58,065 nucleotides of DNA from Acaryochloridaceae cyanobacterium VAR_48_metabat_390. Its GTDB lineage: Bacteria; Cyanobacteriota; Cyanobacteriia; Thermosynechococcales; Thermosynechococcaceae. The stretch lies in NCBI GenBank assembly GCA_031422435.1, contig JANPLU010000108.1, forward strand, positions 1-58,065, in the 5' to 3' direction. The translations under genes were made by a program, and so were the position numbers. How positions within the stretch are numbered: position 1 is the stretch's first letter; each line of letters starts with the position of its first letter. Shown one piece after another: positions 11,363-21,586 of this stretch. The notes below the pieces were generated by a model. That model had not been told where the DNA came from, did no database searches, and saw only the letters and a list, made by a program, of their open reading frames with translations.

Positions 11363-11959
11363 TTATCGAGACTTTAGGTTTAAAAGCTGATAGAGCGCTT
11401 TAATTTCTGCCTCGGTTAGGGTTCGCCACTCCCCAGGCGCTAATCCTTCTAGGGTGAGATGGGCGATCGCCACTCGAATCAACCGCAGCGTAGGCAGACC
11501 TACAGATGCCGTCATCCGACGCACTTGACGGTTACGGCCTTCAGTTAAGGTCATCTCAAGCCAGTCAGTCGGAATAGACTGGCGCACGCGAATAGGAGGA
11601 TCTCTTGGCGGCAGATCAGGCGCTACAGTCAGCGTTTGAACCTGAGCTGGACGCGTCTGGCAGCCCTGAATGGTAACGCCTTGGCGGAGAGATTCAAGGG
11701 CAGCGGCTTCGGGAGTCCCTTCGACCTGTACCCAATAGGTGCGGGGATGACCAAACTGGGGATCGCTCAGTCGATGCTGGAGCGTACCGTGATTGGTCAG
11801 TAGCAGCAGCCCTTCACTATCTCGATCTAGACGACCCACCGGATACACATCCGGCACCGAAACGTATTCTTTTAGAGTAGGACGAGGATTCGCAGACGCA
11901 TCGCTAAATTGAGTTAAAACCCCATAAGGCTTATTCAGCAGTAGGTACGTCCACTTCAT
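11363..11959 (-). CDS. rRNA pseudouridine synthase, RsuA/RluE family
   Basis: [32 protein letters not shown]. Confidence 0.92.
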   Translation of the reverse strand: MKWTYLLLNKPYGVLTQFSDASANPRPTLKEYVSVPDVYPVGRLDRDSEGLLLLTNHGTLQHRLSDPQFGHPRTYWVQVEGTPEAAALESLRQGVTIQGCQTRPAQVQTLTVAPDLPPRDPPIRVRQSIPTDWLEMTLTEGRNRQVRRMTASVGLPTLRLIRVAIAHLTLEGLAPGEWRTLTEAEIKALYQLLNLKSR

Positions 11960-12096
11960 GAGGCATCAGCCAATAGATAGAGGATCAGGGTGTGGTAAAG
12001 AATTACGGGTGCCTCCAGACGGGTTTGTGCTGTGCTGCAATCCGTTGGAAGATAGACTGTAGAAGCTTCTAATCATTTCAATCGTACCAAGCTGGG

Positions 12097-13095
12097 ATGG
12101 ATTTATTACGCTCACTGCCCCTAGGGCTTTACCTCGAACAGCCGATTACCTGGCTTCATCGGCTAGATCCTAGGGTAAAGCTGGCGTGGCTAATGACTTT
12201 TTTGGTGACGCCACTGCTCTCGAATCTGACTTGGAGAATTGGGATTGTGGTGCTGCTCGTCTTACTGACGGGTTTAGCTCAAATTCCGTGGCGCGCCTTA
12301 AAACAGCAGATGGGCTGGATTTTTGTATTTTGCCTGCTGATTTTAGCAATTACGGCAGTCATGCCCGATGGTTTAGCTGTTCGCTATCAGCCGCGACTAC
12401 CCGCTAATGAGCTTCAGCCTCAGGTAGTCTCTGTCACTGCTGCTGAAGCCCGACGGGAATGGTACGACCCGTTAGGGTGGTTTAAGGCATCCCCGTCACC
12501 GTCTTCTCAAGCGCCTTCTTTAAATCCTTCTTCTCGTTTTGAGATGAAGCCCTATCGCTATGTTCTGCTGCAAAAGGGTCCTGTTACCGTTACCCGTCAA
12601 TCACTGCGTTTAGGGGTACAGCTTTGCACAGGGTACTTCACGCTGATCTATAGCACCACACTGTTTTTGCTCACAACCGCCCCTGAAGAAATTACGGCGG
12701 CGCTAGATACCGTATTTCAGCCGCTCAAGCGCTGGAGAATTCCGGTCGTTGAAGTGAGCTTGACCTTGACCCTATCGCTGCGGTTTATTCCCCTCGTGCT
12801 AGAGGAAGTGCAAAATTTGGTGCGCTCGGTGCAGACCCGAGCCATTAATTGGAAGAAGCTGGGCGTTCGGGGTGCGGCACAGCTCTGGCTCACGATCGCC
12901 GATCGCCTGCTCGAAAACCTATTTTTACGTGCGGAACAGATTGCAGGTGCAATGGCGTCTCGCGGGTTCACGAGTCCTAACACCCATCAGGTCAAGTGGC
13001 AGCAGTTAAGAATGCGATCGCGCGATTGGGTTGCCCTCAGCTTTCTGTCTGTAGTGCTAGGATTGCGTGTGCTTGCGGCCTTTGAGCTGTTTTGA
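12097..13095 (+). CDS. ECF transporter transmembrane T component (EcfT/CbiQ, Ycf92-like)
   Basis: LHRLDPRVKL, TTAPEEI, LSLRFIPLVLEE, AMASRGF. Confidence 0.88.
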   Translation: MDLLRSLPLGLYLEQPITWLHRLDPRVKLAWLMTFLVTPLLSNLTWRIGIVVLLVLLTGLAQIPWRALKQQMGWIFVFCLLILAITAVMPDGLAVRYQPRLPANELQPQVVSVTAAEARREWYDPLGWFKASPSPSSQAPSLNPSSRFEMKPYRYVLLQKGPVTVTRQSLRLGVQLCTGYFTLIYSTTLFLLTTAPEEITAALDTVFQPLKRWRIPVVEVSLTLTLSLRFIPLVLEEVQNLVRSVQTRAINWKKLGVRGAAQLWLTIADRLLENLFLRAEQIAGAMASRGFTSPNTHQVKWQQLRMRSRDWVALSFLSVVLGLRVLAAFELF

Positions 13096-13131
13096 CCTTC
13101 TACCACTGCCCCCGCTTATCAACCCTAGCTT

Positions 13132-14574
13132 ATGAATGTTTTGCGGCCTTGGTATTGGCGACCGCTCCCCCTCGACCATAAAAGTGGCACTGAAGTATTT
13201 GCAGCGCTCTTTCAACATCAGCCCATTGCCGTTTTGTTAGAGAGTCCCTCTGATACCGCCGCAACCCTGTCGCCATTGCCCCACAGTCGCTACTCCATTT
13301 GTGCGGGTGCGCCACGCCAGCAAGGGGGATGCGATCGCATTTGGACTCCTGCCCTAGGCCAAATTTTTGACTGCTTAACCGCAAGGCTTCAAGAAGGCGA
13401 ATTTCTGCCGCCCAATGACACATCGCCCAGTCACTTGCCCTTTACGGGCGGCTGGCTGGGGTGGCTGGGGTACGATCTGGCCTGGGAAATTGAAACCCTC
13501 CCCTGGCTGCGCTCAGATCCACTACCCTTTCCCGTTGCCTTTTGGTACGAACCCGAAACCTTTGCGGTTTTAGACCATCACCAGCAGCAGCTATGGCTAG
13601 CAGCCTCTGACCCTCAAGACTTAGACAATCTTGAAACACAGATCCATCAGCCCATAGTGTCGCTGTCTGTAGATGAAGCGATCCAGCAGTACCGCAATCT
13701 ATCAATGGATCTCTGCCAGACCACCTTTGAAGAAATGGTCAAAACCGCCAAACAGCATATTCAGGCGGGGAGCGTATTTCAAACCAACCTTTCACTGCGC
13801 TATCGTGCCGAGGCGTATCTCCACCCATGGCGGCTCTACAAAGCCCTTCAGCAAATCAACCCGTCCCCCTTTGCCAGCTACTGGCAAACCCCTTGGGGCT
13901 GTGTGGTGAGTGGCTCTCCAGAGCGGCTGGTTGAGTATCGTCACGGACAGGCGCAAACCCGTCCCATCGCAGGGACTCGACCCAGGGGTGATAACGCTGT
14001 CGCAGAGCAAGACTATCTTCAGGCACTGCTCAATAGCCCTAAAGAACGCGCAGAACACATCATGCTGGTAGACCTAGAGCGCAACGATTTGGGTCGTGTG
14101 TGCGAGTGGGGCAGCGTGCAGGTTGATGAGCTTTTGAGCGTGGAATTCTATAGCCACGTCATGCATCTAGTCAGCAATGTCAAAGGCAACCTCCATTCCA
14201 ACGCAACACCCATTGACCTCATTAAGGCCGTATTTCCAGGGGGAACCATTACAGGTTGCCCCAAGGTGCGCTGCATGGAAATTATTGAAACCCTGGAGCC
14301 AGTTCGCCGCAGCCTATTTTACGGCTCCTGCGGCTACCTAGATGTTCGCGGTCATCTAGACCTCAATATTTTGATTCGCACACTGCTGATTGCGGCAGCA
14401 GATCGCCAGCCTGCGCCTTGGCATCAAACGGCCTTACAGCATACGCATCTCTGGGGACAGGTGGGCGCAGGCATTGTGGCAGACAGCGACCCGACGCAAG
14501 AATGGCTAGAATCCTTACAAAAAGCAAAAGCGCAGTGGAAAGCCCTTAAAAATATCGCTGAGGATTCCTGCTAA
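13132..14574 (+). CDS. Chorismate-binding enzyme (aminodeoxychorismate synthase I / anthranilate synthase I-like)
   Basis: SPERL, TRPIAGTRPRG, KERAEHIMLVDLERNDLGRV, FPGGTITGCPKVRCMEII, GAGIVADS. Confidence 0.88.
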   Translation: MNVLRPWYWRPLPLDHKSGTEVFAALFQHQPIAVLLESPSDTAATLSPLPHSRYSICAGAPRQQGGCDRIWTPALGQIFDCLTARLQEGEFLPPNDTSPSHLPFTGGWLGWLGYDLAWEIETLPWLRSDPLPFPVAFWYEPETFAVLDHHQQQLWLAASDPQDLDNLETQIHQPIVSLSVDEAIQQYRNLSMDLCQTTFEEMVKTAKQHIQAGSVFQTNLSLRYRAEAYLHPWRLYKALQQINPSPFASYWQTPWGCVVSGSPERLVEYRHGQAQTRPIAGTRPRGDNAVAEQDYLQALLNSPKERAEHIMLVDLERNDLGRVCEWGSVQVDELLSVEFYSHVMHLVSNVKGNLHSNATPIDLIKAVFPGGTITGCPKVRCMEIIETLEPVRRSLFYGSCGYLDVRGHLDLNILIRTLLIAAADRQPAPWHQTALQHTHLWGQVGAGIVADSDPTQEWLESLQKAKAQWKALKNIAEDSC

Positions 14575-14643
14575 TCTCTATTAGAGACCTTCGTTAGACC
14601 CTTCTGATCAATCCGCCATGCTTGGGCGTACCTATCCCCATCA

Positions 14644-14910
14644 ATGACCACCGAAACCTACCTTAACCATCCAACCTTTGGGCTACTGTTTAGCATCTGT
14701 GCTTTGGATAAAGATCGGTCGCTGTTTACCACGCTTTATGCTCAGCGTCTATTTTTTCTGGTCGTTCAGAATAGTGAGGGGACAAAGTTTGACCCGATCA
14801 CGCGAAATGAGGCGCGTATTTTTGCCGAAACGTCCCTTAGAATGCTGCGACGTGAAGGTTCTAAGGCAGATTACGATAGACTACAGGCAATTCATCGTCA
14901 AACATTTTAG
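14644..14910 (+). CDS. pipX: PII-interacting protein X
   Basis: ETYLNHPTFGLL..LFTTLYAQRLFFLV signature; directly upstream of a YggS-family gene. Confidence 0.95.
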   Translation: MTTETYLNHPTFGLLFSICALDKDRSLFTTLYAQRLFFLVVQNSEGTKFDPITRNEARIFAETSLRMLRREGSKADYDRLQAIHRQTF

Positions 14911-14935
14911 TTAAATATCTTGGTCAAACCCTTTA

Positions 14936-15640
14936 ATGGTTGATTGCTCTAATTTCCCAACCGTGGCTGAGCGCATTCTTCATTTGCGCCGTGATGTACC
15001 ACCCTTCGTTCGGATTATTGCTGTCACCAAGACAGTCCCTATTCATTTGATGCGAGAAGCTTACGCCGCAGGGATCAGGGACTTTGGCGAGAGTCGCCTG
15101 CAAGAAGCTATTCCGAAGCAGCAGGCATTGGCAGATCTGTCTGATATTACTTGGCATTTGATTGGTCATCTGCAAAGCAATAAAGCGAAGCAGGCGCTCC
15201 AGCATTTTCAGTGGATTCACTCTGTGGACAGCTTGGCGATCGCCCAGCGCCTAAACCAGCTCTCCGTAGATTTGGGTCTTGCGCCCAAACTCTGCCTCCA
15301 GGTCAAACTCAATCCTGACCCCAATAAGTTTGGCTGGACGACTCAAGCGCTCATAGAGCAACTTTCGCTTCTGCACGCCCTTGAGCATCTGAGCATTCAG
15401 GGGTTAATGACCATCCTGCCGCTCAACCTTTTCCCCCCTCAGCAGCTCACCATCTTTCAAGAGGTCAAAGATCTCGCCCAACGCCTGAGTCAACACCCTC
15501 AAACCCCACTGCCGATTACCGAACTTTCCATGGGCATGTCTTCCGACTATGCACTTGCTATCCAAGCTGGAGCTACCATGATTCGTCCTGGAAGAATTTT
15601 ATTTGGTGAAAGAGAACGTATCTCTTCGCTCTACATCTGA
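14936..15640 (+). CDS. pipY: PLP-binding YggS/PROSC-family protein
   Basis: IAVTKT, DFGESRLQE, WHLIGHLQSNK, LSMGMSSDY, GATMIRPG; pipX-pipY synteny. Confidence 0.93.
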   Translation: MVDCSNFPTVAERILHLRRDVPPFVRIIAVTKTVPIHLMREAYAAGIRDFGESRLQEAIPKQQALADLSDITWHLIGHLQSNKAKQALQHFQWIHSVDSLAIAQRLNQLSVDLGLAPKLCLQVKLNPDPNKFGWTTQALIEQLSLLHALEHLSIQGLMTILPLNLFPPQQLTIFQEVKDLAQRLSQHPQTPLPITELSMGMSSDYALAIQAGATMIRPGRILFGERERISSLYI

Positions 15641-16013
15641 TCGGCTTTTGGCTCAAGCCCCTCAACCAGGTTTCTGCATACCGCGTCAGATAGACGAAGT
15701 TATGCCTTTTTGCCGAGTGACTTTATAAAATTTTTATGGAAACGTGTCAGATTGCTCTGTACATATTAGATGCATGATGTATAATCTGGTTTTGAATTTA
15801 CTCTATGGATACAAATACTGGAGCTAGTCTCTTAATTTGTCTTTGTAGCGCCCTATACCAATAGTGGTTGGGGATCAAAAATAATCCTTTGAATCTCTAA
15901 AATCTGATCGATCAGGAGATTTGCAGGTCATTTTTTGGTTTAATACGTTGATACAAATAGATTTTATAGAAAAGGTTATTTGACCTTGAGCCGTTTACGA
16001 TGGAGCCTGCGCT

Positions 16014-16625
16014 GTGAGTAGTTTGTTTGGAAAATTTAGAGAATTTGTCGGCATTCCTGCCTCAGACGAGTACGACGAATATGGTGAGGATGATCTAGAC
16101 CTAGCCAGTGAAGATTATTCTCATGGCTACGAGCCAACCCTAGAGCAGTCTACCGAAGAAGACCGAAAGCAGACACGGATGCAGTCTGTAGAGCCTGTTC
16201 GCTCATCTATCCCTCCTGCAGGCAGCGGCGGCAGCAATGTGGTCGGCATGCCTGGAGCAGGCCGCTATTGGGGTAGCAATGCCGCAGAGGTTCTTGTGCT
16301 AGAGCCTCGTGCGTTTGAAGAAATGCCCCAAGTGATTCAGGCGCTGAGAGATCGCAAGTCAGTTGTGCTCAATCTGTCTTTGATGGAGCCTGCTCAGGCT
16401 CAGCGCTCGGTTGATTTTGTGGCAGGTGCAACCTTCACTATTGATGGACATCAAGAACGCGTAGGCGAAAACATCTTTTTGTTTACGCCAAGCTGTGTGG
16501 AGGTGCGTACCCAATCTGGGGTAATTCATGAAGCGCCTCAGACCATCGCTACCCCCGCCGCGACGTCTTCTCGCATTGCGACAACGTCTTGGCAAATGGA
16601 TCCGCTGAGCGCGATCGCCCAGTAG
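16014..16625 (+). CDS. sepF: Cell division protein SepF
   Basis: [56 protein letters not shown]. Confidence 0.95.
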   Translation: MSSLFGKFREFVGIPASDEYDEYGEDDLDLASEDYSHGYEPTLEQSTEEDRKQTRMQSVEPVRSSIPPAGSGGSNVVGMPGAGRYWGSNAAEVLVLEPRAFEEMPQVIQALRDRKSVVLNLSLMEPAQAQRSVDFVAGATFTIDGHQERVGENIFLFTPSCVEVRTQSGVIHEAPQTIATPAATSSRIATTSWQMDPLSAIAQ

Positions 16626-16650
16626 TCATTCCGTTACTCAATCCATCGGT

Positions 16651-16699
16651 TGAAATAGATCTTGCTGTGCGAAAATTTTCTACAGCAAGATCTATTTCA
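16651..16699. terminator. Perfect 18-bp hairpin between sepF and proC (terminator or mRNA-stabilising stem-loop)
   Basis: TGAAATAGATCTTGCTGT (16651-16668), 13-nt loop, ACAGCAAGATCTATTTCA (16682-16699). Confidence 0.6.
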
Positions 16700-16721
16700 T
16701 ATCTGGCCTCATTTATAAACT

Positions 16722-17555
16722 ATGACAGTGTCTCAGTCCGCTCCAGGTAAGACTAAGCAGCTTGGCATTATTGGTGGAGGGGTAATGGCTGAGGCAATTT
16801 TGTCTGGTCTATTAGCCCAAAATGCCTATGCTGCCGCTGACCTCATCGTGAGTGATGTGACCGCGCATCGCCTCGATCATTTGGCGACAACCTACGGCAT
16901 CGCCACCACGCTGAGCAACCTTGAAGTGGCGCAGGCTGCCGCTACCGTGGTCTTAGCTGTTAAACCCCAAACCTTTTCTAGTATTGCGGCGGAATTTGCA
17001 GGTGCAGCAATTTCCTGCGATCTCTGGCTCTCTATTTTGGCAGGGGTGCCGCTCTCAAAGTTAGAGGCGGCTTTAGGTGAGCACGCCATCATCCGCGTCA
17101 TGCCCAATACCCCAGCGCTGGTGGGGGCAGGCATTACGGCGCTTGCTCCAGGCAAATCTGCCCAGCCTTATCACGTTGCGACGGCAGAAAAAATTTTTGC
17201 AGCCGTTGGTGAAGTGTTAACTGTCTCTGAAACTTGGATGGATGCCATTACGGGGCTTTCTGGGTCAGGGCCGGCCTTTGTGGCGATCGCCATTGAAGCC
17301 CTAACAGACGGCGGCGTGGCAGCGGGTCTACCTCGTCCTATTGCGGCAAAGCTGGCGGTGCAAACGGTACGAGGCACCACGGAGCTGATGATTCAGAAAG
17401 ACCTGCATCCAGCGCTTTTAAAAGACCAAGTGACCAGTCCTGGCGGCACCACTATTGCAGGGGTCGCTAGTCTCGAAGCCTCTGGGTTTCGCTCTGCATT
17501 GATTGGGGCAGTGCAGGCGGCCTATCGGCGATCGCAAGAGCTAGGCCGCTCCTAA
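16722..17555 (+). CDS. proC: Pyrroline-5-carboxylate reductase
   Basis: GIIGGGVMAEA, LAVKPQ, RVMPNTP, GLSGSGPAF, VTSPGGTT. Confidence 0.96.
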   Translation: MTVSQSAPGKTKQLGIIGGGVMAEAILSGLLAQNAYAAADLIVSDVTAHRLDHLATTYGIATTLSNLEVAQAAATVVLAVKPQTFSSIAAEFAGAAISCDLWLSILAGVPLSKLEAALGEHAIIRVMPNTPALVGAGITALAPGKSAQPYHVATAEKIFAAVGEVLTVSETWMDAITGLSGSGPAFVAIAIEALTDGGVAAGLPRPIAAKLAVQTVRGTTELMIQKDLHPALLKDQVTSPGGTTIAGVASLEASGFRSALIGAVQAAYRRSQELGRS

Positions 17556-17567
17556 CGCGAGCGATTT

Positions 17568-19265
17568 TCAGTCAAACTGAATCTCTTGCTCCACCAAAAG
17601 TTCTGCTAGAAACTGTCGATCTTCGTTGATGTGGGGAAACTTGAGTTGAGAGTCAGACATTCCCCGATCCACCTGACGTTTTCGGACCGCGCCAAAACTT
17701 CCTGGAGCTAGGATTCTGAGCCTAGGCGGAGGGACTTGATCCGTCCGAACCGTTCCATAGGGGTTATTGGCCTCCTTCAAGCATTCGTCAAATCGGCGCA
17801 AAAAGGCTTCGGGGTGGGTCAGCACTTGCCCTTTTGCTAACTCGATATTCACCCAATAATAGGCTGGGAATTCATGCTCTGAAAGCGTCACGCAAAAGTC
17901 ATCCAGGTGAATCTGAAACTCTTGCTGTAGAATCTTCATCACCTGGGTAACGTGAGCTTCCGTCGTTTTTTCAGTTGTGGCGGAAAGCAGCCCCCCTTGG
18001 CGATAGCGAAACACGATCATTGGCGCTTGCCCATAAAACCCGACGACTTCAACGACATCGCCAATGTCATAGCGATAAAAGCCGCTATAGCTGGTGACTA
18101 AAATCCGATAGTGATCGCCCACGCGCACTTCTGTCGGCAGCAGCGTTTTCGGATGCTCAAGATCCCACTGATCTTCGCTGACAAACTCATAAAACCCGCT
18201 TTCGATCGCCAAAATACTGCCGTCAGTATTAAAGTCTGGAAAAATTCCAAAAGTGGCTTCTGCCGATCCATAAACCCCGCCGAAGATGAGAGGTCGCTCG
18301 AAAAATTGCGGAAAGTTTTCAAAATAAAAGTCCGAGGTGCCGCCCCGTGCGGTTGCAATATAGGACAGTGCGGGCCAAGCAAGATGAGGGGTCAACTGCC
18401 CATGGTGTCGCAGCAAATTGTCCAGTTCATCAGCACGACTCGGATCCGCTCGCCACTGACGCTCCAGACGCGGGCGCAAATCAGGCTCTATCGCAAGCCA
18501 GTTTGCAATCGTGCCCTGGCGTAAATCCTGAATTAAATTTTCAGCGTACTGCCCTAAATAACTGCAAGTTCGCAAAATCAACATTGGAAAATTTGCCGTC
18601 ATACAGCTCAACTGACGCTCCCGTAAGGCAAACAGCAAGCAGACATAGTGGCGCGCCAAACTATCTCCAATCAATAAGGCATCGTAGGGCTGGGCAAAGG
18701 TTTGCGCATAGAAAAACTTACCCATTCGCAAGCTTCCCACGGTCACTGGACCATAGGAGATCCCCCCTGACGTTTTGCCCTGAAGTCTAGCGGAATTCGT
18801 GGTCAAAATCTTGCCAAACTGAAGGGGTTGACCGGCTGCATCCCAATTTTTTTGAGATTGCAGCGCTTCTAGGCAAAAGCCAATTGCAGCAAAATTAGCC
18901 TGGCGCAGCGATCGTTGAAATCGCCAGGTCACAGGCACCAACTTTTGCTTGCCTGTAGAGCCACTGGTCAAGCTAATGTAGACCACTGGGTCAGGATTTA
19001 AAACGTTGGCTTCCCCTTGAGCAATTCTTTCCGTATAAGGTTCATAAAAGCTGTAGGGGTAAACTGGAACTTGCGAACGGAACTGATCCAGGGTGCGAAT
19101 CGTACCCAATCGAAAGTGTTTGCCAAGTTCTGTGTTTTGATGCTGGGCTAATAGCCGCTGCAAAAATGCCTCCTGTACATCCATGACTCGGCATGTTTTA
19201 TCTATAAACTGCCGTTTGATATGGGTGGTATAGAGTTTGAGAACTGGCTGAAAAACAGAGTTCAT
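17568..19265 (-). CDS. GH3-family acyl-adenylate/acyl-acid amido synthetase
   Basis: FRSQVPVYPYSFYEPY, SLTSGSTGKQK (motif I), YGSAEA (motif II), GFYRYDIGDVV (motif III), SQLKFPH. Probable start is ATG 19265; the ORF extends to 19292. Confidence 0.88.
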   Translation of the reverse strand: MNSVFQPVLKLYTTHIKRQFIDKTCRVMDVQEAFLQRLLAQHQNTELGKHFRLGTIRTLDQFRSQVPVYPYSFYEPYTERIAQGEANVLNPDPVVYISLTSGSTGKQKLVPVTWRFQRSLRQANFAAIGFCLEALQSQKNWDAAGQPLQFGKILTTNSARLQGKTSGGISYGPVTVGSLRMGKFFYAQTFAQPYDALLIGDSLARHYVCLLFALRERQLSCMTANFPMLILRTCSYLGQYAENLIQDLRQGTIANWLAIEPDLRPRLERQWRADPSRADELDNLLRHHGQLTPHLAWPALSYIATARGGTSDFYFENFPQFFERPLIFGGVYGSAEATFGIFPDFNTDGSILAIESGFYEFVSEDQWDLEHPKTLLPTEVRVGDHYRILVTSYSGFYRYDIGDVVEVVGFYGQAPMIVFRYRQGGLLSATTEKTTEAHVTQVMKILQQEFQIHLDDFCVTLSEHEFPAYYWVNIELAKGQVLTHPEAFLRRFDECLKEANNPYGTVRTDQVPPPRLRILAPGSFGAVRKRQVDRGMSDSQLKFPHINEDRQFLAELLVEQEIQFD

Positions 19266-19477
19266 AGACGGGGTCAACTTCAAAACGATCAATCAATCGG
19301 GCATTCTGCTGGCATTTCTACAACAGATCGCCATAAGCAGGAAAGAGACTTCCAGAATAAACGTATTTAGTCCCTCTAGAGCAAATGCCGTCACCTGCTT
19401 AGCGTTTCATGCATTTAAAAGATATAGTCTTAAAATTTAGTGTTTAGTGAAATTTGAAAACTTCGCCTTAGTACAGA

Positions 19478-21586
19478 GTGAATGCATTGCTAGCGAATAC
19501 TTTGCCAAGAACAACCGTTGTAGACGTATTAAGGCACAGATCGAACGGTCAGTCGAACCTGACGGGCTATACATTTTTGGTGGATGGTGAAACACAAACC
19601 GTTAGTCTGACCTATCAAGCCCTTGATCTTCAGGCTCGAACGATTGCAGCGCATCTGCAATCCCTCAACGGTTATGGGTCTCGTGCATTACTGTTGTACC
19701 CTCCAGGGTTAGAGTTTATTGCTGCATTCTTGGGCTGTCTCTATGCTGGCGTTACAGCAGTCCCCGCTTCTCCCCAACAGAACCAAAATCGGCAACGATT
19801 ACAGGCCATTGTGGCAGATGCAGATGCGACGTTTGCACTCACAACAGCTGCCTTACTGACGCAAAACAAAGCCCAGTTTAACGACTCTCAAGCATTTCGA
19901 CTGCTTCACTGGATGACAACCGATAACCTGAAAGATGCTGCGTCCGCATGGAACGCGCCGACCTTAAAGGATGACACCATTGCTCTCCTGCAATACACAT
20001 CAGGCTCCACAGGGGCGCCCAAAGGGGTGATGGTGACGCATGACAACCTCATCCATAACGCCACCATGATTCAGGATTGTTTCCAGGATAGCGCCGACAG
20101 CATCGGCGTTTCTTGGCTACCTCCACATCATGACATGGGCTTAATTGGCGGCATTCTCCAGCCACTCTCCATTGGTCGCCCCATGATTTTGATGTCGCCC
20201 ACTGCATTTTTGCGAAAGCCCGTGCGTTGGCTCCAGGCTATTTCTCGATACCGCGCCACAACGAGCGGTGGACCTAACTTTGCCTATGACCTTTGCGTCA
20301 ACAGAATCACCCCCGCAGACTGCGAAACCCTCGATCTCAGCAGTTGGCAAATTGCCTTCAATGGCGCTGAACCCATTCGGCCTCAGACCCTAACGTCTTT
20401 TTCTAAGGCCTTTGAACCCTATGGATTTCATAGCGCTGCGTTTTACCCCTGCTACGGCATGGCAGAAGCAACCTTAATGGTCACGGGCTGCACTCGGATG
20501 AACCCGCCTGTGGTGTGTACCGTTGATGCGATCGCCCTAAAAGACAAACAGGCAATCCCCGTCGAGCATTCACTACAAACGGCTCAAACGATTGTGAGCT
20601 GTGGTCAGGCTCGGCGAGAGAAAAAGGTCATGATTGTTGACCCAAACTCTTTAGAGCCGTGCGAGGACTCTACAGTGGGTGAGATTTGGGTCTCCAGTTT
20701 GAGTGTGGCTCGGGGCTACTGGAACCAGCCGCAAGAAACGGCACGAATTTTTAATGCGTACCTTCATCATTCCCATGAGGGGCCTTTTCTTCGTACAGGT
20801 GATTTAGGGTTTATTCGGGCGGGGGAGCTATTTGTCACGGGTCGGCTTAAGGAACTCATTATTATTCGGGGTCGCAACCACTATCCCCACGATATTGAAT
20901 GGACGGTGCAGTCTAGCCACGCTGCCCTGCGCTCCGGTGGCGGTGCGGCTTTTTCCATTGAGGCCAGTGGCGTTGAGCGCCTTGTAATTATACAAGAGGT
21001 AGAGCGCAGCGCTGTGCGGCAGCTCGCCGCCGCAGAAATCTTTGCTGTGCTGCGCAGAGCCATATCAGAAAATCATCACCTTCAGGTGTACGCGATCGCC
21101 CTCCTAAAGCCCGGCAGCATCCCCAAAACATCCAGTGGCAAAATTCAGCGGACAGAGTGCCGCACTCGTTTTATGGAAGGTAGCTTGGCAACACTAGAGA
21201 CTTGGAGCGAGCGTTCTGTTGACTTTCAGCAGGTGCAGGTCGCAGCAGAAGCAATGCTGAAAACCTTGACTAGTGCGCGACCCTCTCCTTTGTTCGGGAG
21301 CGAAGAATCTAGCAGCAGAACCATCCCAAGTTTGACTACTCCTCCTCTGGCTCCGACCGAAGAAGATATTCAGACTTGGATGACAGCTAATCTTGCCCTT
21401 TATCTTAAGATTCCGCTAGACGACATCGACCTCTCAGAGCCTTTCTCTCATTACGGATTAGACTCTTCGAGTGCGGTCAGTCTTGCGGCTGAACTCTCTA
21501 ACTGGTTGGGGCGTGAACTAGAGCCAACCTTATTTTGGGAATATCCCAGTATTGAAGCTTTAGCCCATCATCTCGGCAGTGCCTAG
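19478..21586 (+). CDS. Fatty acyl-AMP ligase fused to an ACP (FAAL-ACP loading protein)
   Basis: LQYTSGSTGAPKGV, SWLPPHHDMGLIG, YPCYGMAEAT followed by a FAAL-type insertion, RTGDLGF, IPKTSSGKIQR; C-terminal ACP YGLDSSSAVSL. Confidence 0.93.
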   Translation: MNALLANTLPRTTVVDVLRHRSNGQSNLTGYTFLVDGETQTVSLTYQALDLQARTIAAHLQSLNGYGSRALLLYPPGLEFIAAFLGCLYAGVTAVPASPQQNQNRQRLQAIVADADATFALTTAALLTQNKAQFNDSQAFRLLHWMTTDNLKDAASAWNAPTLKDDTIALLQYTSGSTGAPKGVMVTHDNLIHNATMIQDCFQDSADSIGVSWLPPHHDMGLIGGILQPLSIGRPMILMSPTAFLRKPVRWLQAISRYRATTSGGPNFAYDLCVNRITPADCETLDLSSWQIAFNGAEPIRPQTLTSFSKAFEPYGFHSAAFYPCYGMAEATLMVTGCTRMNPPVVCTVDAIALKDKQAIPVEHSLQTAQTIVSCGQARREKKVMIVDPNSLEPCEDSTVGEIWVSSLSVARGYWNQPQETARIFNAYLHHSHEGPFLRTGDLGFIRAGELFVTGRLKELIIIRGRNHYPHDIEWTVQSSHAALRSGGGAAFSIEASGVERLVIIQEVERSAVRQLAAAEIFAVLRRAISENHHLQVYAIALLKPGSIPKTSSGKIQRTECRTRFMEGSLATLETWSERSVDFQQVQVAAEAMLKTLTSARPSPLFGSEESSSRTIPSLTTPPLAPTEEDIQTWMTANLALYLKIPLDDIDLSEPFSHYGLDSSSAVSLAAELSNWLGRELEPTLFWEYPSIEALAHHLGSA

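Noticed and set aside
12060..12071. Palindrome TAGAAGCTTCTA in a divergent promoter gap
   Set aside because: A single 12-bp palindrome is expected by chance in 58 kb and has no other support
13132..14574. Chorismate-binding enzyme as substrate supplier for the GH3 (PBS3-like logic)
   Set aside because: It sits in the housekeeping run upstream of pipX, separated from the GH3 by four core genes; nothing ties it to the cluster
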